Both the position numbers and the translations under genes were made by a program. Positions 52,829 to 64,000 of a stretch of 64,000 bases of DNA are shown here, piece by piece. The notes beneath the pieces are model-generated. The model saw only the letters and a list, made by a program, of their open reading frames with translations. It did not search any database and had not been told where the DNA came from. The stretch covers positions 113,251 to 177,250 of the forward strand of contig NMRA01000413.1 of assembly GCA_002633005.1 (NCBI GenBank). The letters are read 5' to 3'. How positions within the stretch are numbered: position 1 is the stretch's first letter; every line of letters starts with the position of its first letter. The DNA is from Phoronis australis. Lineage: Eukaryota > Animalia > Phoronida.

Positions 52829-53472
52829 TGACGCCATCGAATGCGAAAATAGAATACTTAAATGAGCACGCGCAACAATCGCATGTTCAGCAAACGGCAT
52901 TGTATCATAGATTATAGACAACAGATTCGCAACTCCGGCATTTTCTTACATGCTAACCAAGAGGCGCCGCCACTCTCTTGACCTTTCTGGTACAGTTTCC
53001 AGTTTGGGTATTTTGACGAGAAATATTTGCATCTACATTACTGTCCAGTATAACGAAAAAAATATTAATTTCGGCATTGAAACGCTGTTGAAAGTCTTTC
53101 AGTAGTAGAAGTGTTGGTATCGTGAGTACTTTTGGCAATGCTACTGGTAATTAATTACAAAATTCAAACTTCGTTGCCGACTGATTATGTCGTCTGCTTG
53201 CCCAATAGCATAGCAGCATAGTTATCGAACAGTTACTGATTTATGGTTCACATAAGCCTACTGAGAAAACTACGAAAGCATGTTTGTGCACAAATTTCAA
53301 GGAGTACCTGTGAATGCAAAAGATACTTATATAACGTTTTTGGTTTAGAAAAATATCAATTTTGTTCGAATTAAAAATGCGCCTCTGCAACGATTTGACT
53401 ATTTTAACTTTTGCGTGTTTATAATTCAACATTCTCAAGTGAGCAGTTCTTCTGGGAATTGTTGAGAGGCCC

Positions 53473-53991
53473 TTAAAGGGCCGTTGGTTGTAGGTATAGC
53501 GTGAAATGATTCTTAAAAGAACCGTTCAATAATTCACACAGTATACCATTCTCACTCAAGTACTGAAGGTCCTCTTCATTCAAGTTTTCATCTGGGAAGG
53601 TTGGATGAAAACAGAGGAGATGACAATATAGATGACAGTTGTAACACCTTATATAAATGTTACCGTTCTCCAACGTTATCACGAACCCTGCCTCTTTCAG
53701 TTCTTGTTCCTGGATACAGAAGTAACCCTGAACCATAGGGAAAAAAGACATACAACAAAAACGAATCAAATTTTGAAAATCATCGCCTTCGTACGATTTC
53801 GTGTTGCTGTCGCCAGACTGATGTTCCTCCCCGACATCAATGTCGAAAATCGACGTTACGAGTGATGGAAACTTGTGTCCTTTGTTTCTAACTATTAACC
53901 CATTTTTTAAGAAAGGGGTGTACTGATTTTGTGTAACGTTGATAGAGCATAACTTTTGGTTTTTACAATGCATTAATTGTGTTAAATGCAT
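53473..53991 (-). other. isolated 172-codon ORF with a Cys/His zinc-finger-like segment
   Basis: LKEAGFV...IRCYNCHLYCHLLC...ILCELL (PHD-like C-x2-C-x4-H-x2-C); no recognisable host gene context. Confidence 0.3.
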
Positions 53992-55417
53992 TCATATTAG
54001 GTGGCTTCATTCAGTTGAACAGAAAATAAATTAAATGTAACACAATAAAGTTTTGAAAATATATAGAACAGTAACAGGACTCCCTAAAAATCGAGCTGTT
54101 TTCGAAAACTTTGCGCCATTGGTGATCTGATTGGTTCATACATTCACGGCGGGAAAATAATAGACCAAGTATCGTGCACGTGTGCACTGTAGCAACACTT
54201 TGTATCTTATTTGGCCAATCTGCTGATACACTAAATTTACTTATTTATGCCCATCCTGATTTGACTGCAACCTGAGCTTGTTGGCTTCTATCATCAATAT
54301 GGTTGGCATTGGGAGCCACATGATGCTTACTCGAATGGGCTTCATTTTACCAAGTATTTCAAATTGAGGTGGAGCAAATAAATAAAGTGGATGATTATCA
54401 CCATCAGAATTTCATCATTAGTATCTTTTGCCGGGTGCTCAAATTTTCTGAGACTATGGATTGTCAGATTTGTAAGGTAGAAGTGTTTCGCTGGATTTCC
54501 AGGTTTGTGGCGTTATTTATACCGGACCAAAATTAAAAAACCCGACCTTTGTTTAAATCAGGAGCTGCATGATACACATTTACTAGACGTGCACAGGCAT
54601 TGCACTGATCACTTGGAACCATTTTTATGGTTTATTAATATATAGTTAAACCAACCTGAGGAGCTTGAAACCTGATTCACGGCAATTTTTGGCAGTGGGA
54701 TTTTCTGAAAAATGCTCGTAAGTTGACAACAAAGTTTGACAACAATACACTTCAGTTTTGTAGAAACTCTGTCATAGGTTACAGATTCGTCACAGAGCGT
54801 AAATTTGATGAATCCTAGCTTACGATTTCACCTTTTTCGGAGACCGGGTTTCAACCACTTTTGGTCCATAATAAGCGCCCCTTCCTGAAGCGGATTTTTC
54901 TAAGCGCCCTGGCCGCTTATTAGGGCGAATACGGTAATATTTCAGAAGGGCAATACTTAATTTCCTTTATGCATGGGACCCTTTTGTTCCATTAGGAGTG
55001 GAATGGCTCATTGTGTACCCTACAGGTGGCATGGGACTTTTCAAAAGTGGTTGAAGAATTTTGTTTTCGTCATAAACGTTCGTTTGAATGGCTTTGACTT
55101 GAGCATTACACTCAGTTACCAATGGAAACCTACTTTGGCAGACGATATTTCCCGGTCGAAGCTTGGCGTGATAAAATGTGTAGTAAGCTATAATAGTTGC
55201 TTAGCCTTAATTTATAGATTCAATCTATTTCTATGCTGTTTAAATTTTTTATTGGTTTTGAGCAAAAGCATTATTTGACAAAACTAGCTCGGCTTATCTT
55301 AAAAGGTCACGACCTCCGACCCCGAGCCTCTGACATAGAAAGTAGTTACTAAGCCGAGGCGAGTCGAAAAAGGTAGATCGATTCATTGCAATGTTTCTTG
55401 TTTAGTGTGTGGTATAA

Positions 55418-55539
55418 ATAGATTATTACATGTTCTCAGTCGTTATCCCCCTTTTCTAGCCCCTCGAGCGATTAATTCTCCAGAACCCAGTCGGGCTCTA
55501 GAATACGGGGGATAACGATTTCGCCATGTAATAATCTAT
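55418..55539. mobile_element. 122-bp foldback/MITE
   Basis: Nested inverted repeats ATAGATTATTACATG / CATGTAATAATCTAT, TCGTTATCCCCC / GGGGGATAACGA and TTCTAG / CTAGAA. Confidence 0.75.
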
Positions 55540-57222
55540 ATGTATCTGCAGTGTGATAACAGCCTTTGGTTAGGTAATATTACTTTGACCTACTAATCAA
55601 GAATCTTAACACGCATGTACACGGCCTTCACGATATGAGGGAGCATAGCATGTCAATTCTGAGCACATTGATCCCAAGTTCCGGCATCATGCGGAGAAAA
55701 CTGATCACGCCCATGTATTTGACGAGTCAAACAGATGACCGCTATTATTATTGTAGTGAAGAAGTAACCCGTGGATACTGTGTACTCAGTAGAAACGCAT
55801 GTACTACGGGGAGGGGGCTACAAATAATTGAACTGCACTACGGATTCAGGACTTTTAAGTCAAAACATTTGCTTGCAGTAAGGGATGGGTATATCAGAAG
55901 GGCGGCCTATTGAAATTTGCTGTACGCCAGTGCGGTGCAAAAATTTACGGAGTGACACAATACTTCACAAGATGCGTAGGCTATGTTTAGGGCGATTTAA
56001 CTATATTCACCTTGACAAGTTTTAAGGAGTCCATAGTCATGTAGAGATGACTCTGGGCACAGGGTCGCGTTTATTTGTATTTACTAACCGTGATTACTGT
56101 ACATGTTTGTCGTTGATGGGACTGGCTCTTAAGTCGTAAATTGAACATGTACATGTAAGTGTAACACAAGACGAGCAGAAGGAAGACGTTTGTATTAACA
56201 ACACGTGGAATTACAGAGTTAGTCGGAACCCAAGTCTGATAGATGACCGCTTGCAAAGATACTCTATTATATACTATAATGCCTTTGCAACTTTACCCAC
56301 ACGACAGGCAATCAAGACGTATGTATTTTTACTGAATAGCCCGGTGCCCTACCATGGTTACCACAGCTATCGAAGGCGTGAAGAAAGCGTGAGGTAAGCG
56401 TGACGGAGGCGCGAAAAAAGCGTGAACGAGGCGTGAGGAAGGCGTTAACTAAAGCGGAGGTAAGCGTGAGTAATACCCGGAGAGTAGGCGTGAGGCGACC
56501 GTGGCTGATTTCTGTCACGCCTGTGTTCCGGTTGCGCTCCGGTCTGGCCAGGCGTGAGGTACATGTAGCCCAGACGAAAGCTAAAACTTCAGTGGCTGTA
56601 CTGTACTTTATGCTCAATAGCATTCATCTTCAAGCACACCAGAGTGAACAGATCGGGGAAACAAGAGGCTATGGAAGGGGGTGCACGCTTTCGTCGAGGA
56701 AGCAGAGCTCAAAGGGTTGACCTGGACGTGCAAGTTGAAAGTCTTTTTGACGACAGAAAAAGTGTTATGCCAGGTGTGAAATGAAGGTTAATATATGATT
56801 TTAATGATAAGCATAATAGTCATATCGTGGTTGTCTTTATCCGTGTTGGCACATCAGCCTCACAATTATTATAAATGAAAAAGTTTAATGTTTAAAAATT
56901 CTTTGTTCTCATTCATGTGAATGTAGTCAATGAATAACTCTCACTTTAGGGTCGAACTGATCGCATTTTATTGGTGAAGTGTGCTATTTCAAATTTCTCT
57001 TGCAAACCCCATCCAAAACTAACCAAGCTGTTAATTTACAGAAATATTGGCGAGTTCTTAGTCTGCAATAATGAAAATCTATACATTTTGATTGTCCATG
57101 ATGTCGATCCGCAATCAACCGGTTGTAGCATATATTTCATGCGACAAGTTACTACTCATTTCCTTGTCAAATCTGCAATAATGTTGAAACAGCATAAAAA
57201 TATATTTTATCGATGTTTTCAG

Positions 57223-57470
57223 GATTTCCTAGTGTTTTGCCCAGATGAAGATATACTAGACTTAGGCAGAATGCAACGAAATGACTTGATGGCACTAAGG
57301 CCAGTGACTGATGAGAATGCACATACATCACGTACTGTATACACAAATTTATCTTTTGGCGACATGTACATCTTAGAAGACATTTGCAGAGGGTTGCCAA
57401 GTGTTGTGCATGGTAATAAGTAACAAATTTACAGACCCTGTGGGACACTATACAGGCTACATAGATGTAG
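57223..57470 (+). pseudogene. frameshifted P2X7-ballast-like (KolX/nanor-type) coding relic
   Basis: After a tttcag acceptor, three frames give DFLVFCPDEDILDLGRMQRNDLMAL...ENAH / KFIFWRHVHLRRHLQR / LPS / CCAW / SNKFTDPVGHYTGY, paralleling the P2X7 tail (L.....VL...W......LPSCC.W.IRKEFP...GQYSGF). Confidence 0.6.
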
Positions 57471-57479
57471 CTGACCGTT

Positions 57480-58270
57480 GAATGCTGGTATTTTGTTGTC
57501 ACCTTCGTGTGTGCTATTGTTACTTTACCTGCGAAATGAACGCATTTTACTGCTATCGCTAAGATCGCATTGTCACTACATGAATTCTGTGATTCAAAGT
57601 GTGAGGTCTTCCCCACAACTTTCGTTTGACTCACCAAAAACATTAGTTCCAGACGTGCGAGCATTGATCCAATGGCTATAACTGTCAACCTTCCTGGACA
57701 GTTCCTCCCCTCGAAAATTAAAAACTGACATACCGTATTATGTCTATGTTTTGCATTGCCGCTCAACATTTCATAAATGTATTATTTAGGCTGCAAATGT
57801 GCAAGTTGTCTGGGAAGAGTTCAGTGCATTTCAAGTGCAAGAGGAGTCTTTATCAGCCATTTTCAAACGTTTTGGTTTGTTACCCTTGTAGTACTTTTGA
57901 ACCATATTTATAAGTAACTGTGCGGGGTGGGTCAATTAGCCTGAAAATGTGCTTCTATATTATCCCTCATTGGCAAAATAATATCGTGTCTCAGATTTTC
58001 ATTTTGCTTTGACCAACAGAGGTACGGACCACCCAAAAACTTTTTGCAATAATTTAAAATGATACTTTGCTGGCTGATATCTCTGTTGTTATATTGAAAT
58101 TTAAAAGGGATACGAGTCATGGTTCCCTGTGTATTGACAGCAAGTACAAATACGTAGAACACAAGTCTACGGAAGTTAACGTTTTTTATGAGTTCATGTC
58201 TAAAGCAAAATTAGTTCTGAGAAACTGGTGGCCATGTAATTACAAACGAGCGTGCACAGTGTGACACCTG
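57480..58270 (-). mobile_element. possible highly decayed Kolobok transposase, convergent with the KolX-like relic
   Basis: TSHFESQNS...NAILAIAVKCVHF resembles the Kolobok T..LE.F...IL.YA.KR..F motif; the rest is weak. Confidence 0.35.
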
Positions 58271-58514
58271 CTTTATAACTGCTAATAGGCTAAAACACTG
58301 TTCGGTATTTTTTCATATGATTTCACAGAATCCACGCGACCTTTGTTAACACCATGTCGTGTATGTAGTACTATGATAAAAATCAATATAGACTTCTCAT
58401 TCAAAGAGTATTGTGTTTTTGTCAAACTTAGAGAGCGTATGGGTGTATTCCATGCAAAGTAGCAATAAACCCACAACTTCTGTGAAAAATTTCCTAGCTA
58501 AGCCACCTACTAAT

Positions 58515-61500
58515 TAGTCCAGTCATTCTAGGACTCCAGAGGGTCCAACCTAGAAAAAATTGCAACAGAAGGTTGTTTTGCATAAATGGCATCTTCAAAC
58601 ATCCCCTGGTGTCAGAAAAAAAATCTACCGAAATGGGAGTGGCGGAAGTCGGTTTTTCAAGATGGCGGAAAAAATGGCCGACAAAACCGGTGTTTACTGT
58701 TTTATTGCATATTACTCTTATGTAACTACTAAAAATAAAACAATAAAGTTTGTCATTGGTTATATACTTTTCATAACAGGTATACCAATCAAACGATGCC
58801 AATTTTCCGTAAAATAAAACCAATATGGCCGACAAAATGGCGGCCAAAACGGCAATTTGGTACATGTTGCAAGATTTCTTTTTATATTTTGCTCTGAAAA
58901 TGGCAAAGGTTTTACTCTTTTGTAAGTTAGACAATTGAAAATATCTGGACCTTACAATTGGTCCATGGTTTGCGAGAAAAAAATCAAGATGCTGACAAAT
59001 GGCTGCCAAAATGGCTGCCAATTCACGAACCTAAATTTACCGCATTTACGTTCTGCAAAATTTGTTTGTAACCTGATACTCATTTACACAAAAACATTTT
59101 ACAATCTACAGTCAGGGTTAATGAGTTGACATCCCAGACATCCCAACTGATCACATAACAGTGTCTTCCGATTCTGAGCCTTGGATTACAGTGGAATACC
59201 CTCACGAGAGTTCACTTCTGACCTACTGCCATTGGTATATTCAAACACGACTGAATCAGAGTATACACTGTAGGTCTTCAGAATTCACAGTGACAGAGAA
59301 TAGTTCGTCAGAAGAGTCAATGGCCAATGATATTCTTCATGGTGATTTGAGAGCTGGTCTGAAGCGGTTTGATGATCTTATTGCTGGCATGACGTCTGTG
59401 TGCGACGATGTATGCTTGTCGGAGTGTCTTGTGGGTACCAATGATAAAAAATCGAAGCACATAAATCAGACTTGTCCCTGCAAAGTCGAATCATTAGGCT
59501 TTGGCTACAGTATATGAAGATGACTGACATCCTTCGACTTTTTAAGAACCAGAAATAACGTCAGATTGGGAGCTTCACTTAAAAGCAGTTTCTGAAATGC
59601 TGACTTATTTTGCAGCTGCTGGTCACAACTCTTATGCGAAATCTTCATACATATACTTGCAGCAGACGTAGCAACTCAAAGATACCCGTCAAGACGTGTA
59701 CTTCCAACACACCATAAGACAAAGTGACAGATTCTGGGCAGGCTTGTCATAATGAGATATGATCTTGTAATTGAACAAACACTCATGATAAGTATTAAAA
59801 CAACAGGAGGTTTAACTAGAGGTTGCAAAATGGGAGATACACAGAGTGCACTGTGGCTGCTTTCCTTGCAGGCATGCTCAAGTATAAATGGTACTATGCA
59901 GACTGTGACAAACTTGAGTTGTGAAACAAGTCAGCAGCATAAAGAATGTACCCAGGCAAGACAGTCGACAAAGACATCCGTAGCCTTGTTGAATTCCTCC
60001 ACAACAGTAACCCATTTTAAAGAGAAACATTACAGACCATCGCCACTGGTGTGACTGCAGGCATATGCGTAAGTATCGTAAATGCCAGAAAAGTGGGGAA
60101 GGCGGTTCACTTGTCTATGGAGGGGTTAAGTGTGAAAGACTTCACATTCAGAAAGAAATACAAGGTTGGGGCAATGACAACTCAATCAATAGTAAGTTTT
60201 TACACAAGTGGATTCACGACTGCTATTTCAACGAATCCTGACAGCTGCAAAAGACAACAGTAAAAGTTCATCAAGCCTTTTGAAGTTTGAGCTGTGTGTT
60301 GGTTCACCTAGTCTTTTTGATACATCTGGCCTTTCCAGATTCGCTAATAAATCAAAATGAGCTGGTCCAGTGGGGGACTACCTGAGGATTTCAATTTCCA
60401 GAAAACACGGTGATGCGTGTAATCGACGGTAGTTCTCTCCTTCACCGTATTCCATGGCCTAGAGGTGCAACGTTTCAGTCATTTGGTAGAGCTTATGTGG
60501 GTTACATCAGCAAGTGCAACCAGCCTACTGTTATTTTTGATGGTTACTGAGATGGACATCTAAAGATGTCTCTCATGTTCCAAGACTGGGTGGGTTGGTT
60601 GGAGCTGAAGTTCACTTCAATGGTGACATGGTGATCAAGTAAAAAAGGAACATTTTTGGCAAAGAGCATAAACAAACAACGATTCATTCACTTCTTGTCA
60701 CGTTGGCTAGGAAATGATGGTTGCACATTGGTACAAGCTCAAGGTGATGCAGATGTTTTAATTGTAGAAACAGCAGTAGAGAACGCAGCACAAGGTCCAA
60801 CTACCTTTATTGCAGACGATACAGGCTTGCTGGTTCTTTTGCGTTACTATGCTACTTCACAACAAATTCCAATGTTCATGAAATTTGACAAGAGGCACCA
60901 AAGCAAGAGGAGAGCCTCATGGTGTCGAAACTTGCACAGTTTTGCCATTTGCGCATGCAATAGGTGGTTGCAACACAACATTACAGCTGTTCGGTATTAG
61001 CAAAGACTCTCCCATTCAAGAAACTGCGTGATCGAGAATTCTGAAAAAACTCTAGTAAGAGTATTCACTAGACACATGCAGCTGAAGAAAGACATATTTG
61101 AAGCTGGTAAGAGCTGTATCTGTGCTTCATGGTGGTACTGGCTCTGGAAATTTGGATGTCTTGCGATACAGGCGATTTGTGGATGAGATGTCAAACTAGC
61201 TACAGTCCAAATATAGTCATTATCACCAACTTTCTTCAGTAGCTAAATTCCATGCTGCCGGGACATATTATCAAGAGCAAGAGTAGTCACGTTTCCGTGG
61301 CAGTGGCCTAGACTCGCTGTATTGGGGATGGATGCTGGCAGGTGGAAAATTCATTCCCACGACGACGGACCAGTCAGCAGCACCAGAGAACCTACTGAAA
61401 GTTGTGAGATGCTCGTGTAAGACCAACTGCAGTTCCAAGAGATGTACTTGCAAGAAGTTAGGATTGCCGTACTCGGTTGCATGTGGAGAATTCCGTGGTT

Positions 61501-62585
61501 TTAACTGCAGAAATTCATTCTCAGTTGACAGAGATTAGTTGTGTATATACTGGTTGATTGTGTATAGATTCACTAGCATTTATAACTTACTGGAAGTGAC
61601 ATAGACAGTGTGGATAGTAGATCACTGAATTAATTGCAGAGAGTTATTTTCAACACAGCACATTTTTTCAGGAGGAGAATAATCCTTCAGTCCAGGCAAA
61701 CATGATGCTTTTGACCCAAAAAATTATTCGTTAAACCATCTTGAAAATGGTAGTCGTAATCATCAAGAGCCCGACAAAAATTATTGTAATGGACGTGCTG
61801 ACCTAAAAAACTCAGGATATGGCGTGTCTCTGGAATCTGAAGTTCGTACACGAAGCAACGATGTGGTGGCCATCTTAGAAAATGGTGGAAGTAATCATTA
61901 GAGCCAAACGCTATGAGTTATAATGATCATCTGCTAACCTGGCAGCCATTTTTCCGCCATCTTGGAAATGGTGGAAGTAATCATTAGTGGCAAATGCAAT
62001 GAGTCTCAATGGATTAGTGGACCCACAAAACCTATAATGCGACGTTTGAAGCAAGAAGACACACTAATCTGTTCGTCCGAAGTTGTGCGACTCAAGTAGA
62101 TTTGGCGACCATCTTGGAAAATGGCGGACGGTGTCACCCCAGCCATGCAAAACCATCTCCAATGGATTTTTTGACCCACAAAACATAGATAAACCTTTTT
62201 GAATTTCTACTCTATCACATTCCACTCTTGAGTTATGGTGAGCATCAGAAAATCTGGCGGCCATTTTGTCCGCCATCTTGAAAAACCAACTTCCGCCACT
62301 CCGATTCCGGTAGACTTTTTTTTCCCACTAAGGGGTGTGAAAGGATACGATTTATGCAATAAAACCTTCTAGCATGTGTGGAAAGGTCAAAACAAATGAA
62401 TAATACGAATTGAAAGCGCAGTGGCTGAATAATTTAATGGCATAACTTTCAAAATTCATTTTTAAATTTGTACGTTTTGAATTTGTGAGGCAAAAACGGC
62501 TATTTTTCAGGTTTTCACTGAAGCTATTTTCGGCCAAATTTGGCACTCGGTAGAAGCCATAACGCGCCTTTCCTGAAATGGACTA
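58515..62585 (+). mobile_element. decayed AcademX-type DNA transposon (transposase + XPG/PIN-like nuclease + Cys-rich CXC tail)
   Basis: Pseudo-ORF ~59100-61538 with WELHLKAVSEML.YFAAAGHNSYAK, SDRFWAGLS..LVIEQTLM.SIKTTGGLTRG, IDGSSLLHRIPW, VIFDGY, NKQRFI, ADVLIV, ADDT.LLVLL and RCSCKTNCSSKRCTCKK..C..C. Long imperfect TIRs (58561-58685 vs 62255-62374); termini TAGTCCA (58515) / TGGACTA (62585). Confidence 0.8.
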
Positions 62586-64000
62586 TATAATAATTTGTTT
62601 AGTCATTCCTAACCTGTTCATAGTCTAAAATAAAAAATCTTGCCTCTAATGTAGTTTTTGCTTACGAAGCATTACACGAACTGCACTTCGTCCTTTTGCA
62701 TGTTCTCAGTTGCCTCTGCTGCCAATAGGGGGCTCTTGGAACATATAATTAGCTTGCGAAACACGACATAAAAACCTTGTATTTTGGAGAAAAGACAGAC
62801 AGAATTATTAATTACCATTCTCTGAAAACGGAATTGATGATTATTGCTTATTAAAAAAAATATGTAACGTAAATCAACTGGCATGCGTGGTTCTAAATGA
62901 TAGATGGCGCTGCTTTTGTTTACGTAGGGACTGAAGACGCATCTAGAATAAGAGCAGTAACACGAGGACCTTGCTATAATTCAAGACTTCGCGAGATATT
63001 GCCCTGAATTTTAAATGAGAACACGTGGTTTTGGATAAATTGTAGAGAGGTTCTAGTGTTACTGAACTCACCCCTGCCTTGTTTTCTATCTGCCTTGTTC
63101 GTGTCACAGGCAAAGGAAGGCACACAAGGTGAATGTGGCCCCCTACTGTTCAGTGCAAAAAATCCTTCAACTTGTCAACAGTCATTGTAACTTTGAGTTC
63201 ATATTGTAATGTCCCTGCTGGTTTCTACAAATTTTAATCGCCACCGGTCGCCAGAAATCTGGTGTCCCCCACACACCGGGCACCCTAACGCTGAATATTT
63301 CTATCAGTGTGATCATCAGTGGTATAAAAAGGTACTCATTCACAGTCAATAGAAAATAATTCACGAGAGACAATTTTATTAATGAATCATTCATGACAGA
63401 CATGAAGTAAACAGAAGTAACAGTCACGACTTCATATATCACACATCTTTGACTGGTATGATACAAAACTAGGCTAAACGTTGAGCTCATTTACCATTTC
63501 ATTCAGAAAATCTGACGACATAACAGCATCTTCAGCAGAAATTGCATCGTCATAAACATTGCTGCAGAAAACCTCGAAAAAATCCACCAATATGCGATTC
63601 ACTTAATATCACAGGTAAATACTTTACTAGTGGGTTCTCGTAATGTTTTCTCCATTTTGGCTCTTCCGAGGGTGAATGTTTTTACCTGACTTATTTCCTT
63701 CGTCGAATATGTTCGTCAGAAAGTTCTTAACCTTTGCTGAAAATCTTGTTGACACTTTACCTTTTTTCAATGCCTAACCTATTGCTTCAGCATTCGTCTC
63801 ATCCAAATAGTACTATGAGGCTGCCTCAAATGACGCTCCGGTTCTTGCATCTGAAAGCATTTATGACCACTGTCGTGCGATGTGGTCATACGTGGATTCC
63901 CTCTGTAAATGTTCAGTGTAGTTACCCACATCCAAATGCTGACCTAGTTCTGCGTCTGTAGCAAAAAAATTCGAGTAACCTTGCTGGGTACAAGGGAACT

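Noticed and set aside
57167-57769. 200-aa minus-strand ORF, the longest in the track
   Set aside because: Not a coherent protein; it overlaps decayed transposon sequence and is partly antisense to the KolX-like relic.

Overview
Eukaryotic, intron-rich, AT-rich genomic DNA from an invertebrate animal (probably a marine lophotrochozoan or similar; an inference from gene content and repeat types), with three N gaps. Two complete spliced genes could be rebuilt by hand on the minus strand with GT-AG introns and consistent phases. (1) An 8-exon EF-hand + nicotinamidase (Naam/PNC1-type, 361 aa; CDS 26709 to 2416). (2) An 11-exon SLC22/organic-cation-transporter-like MFS gene (571 aa; CDS 47034 to 29105), whose stop codon lies about 2.4 kb upstream of the nicotinamidase ATG. 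The rest is introns and intergenic DNA full of mobile-element relics: a decayed RTE-clade LINE, a decayed AcademX-type transposon, a Kolobok-like relic carrying a P2X7-ballast-like (KolX-type) pseudo-ORF, MITEs with TTAA, CAG and 9-bp target-site duplications, tRNA-derived SINE heads and several minisatellites, two of which abut splice sites. No prokaryotic systems or CRISPR arrays are present. No clearly new system is demonstrated. The best leads are the transporter-nicotinamidase pairing, the OCT-type Asp/Lys pair in the transporter, and the P2X7-ballast-like transposon relic.
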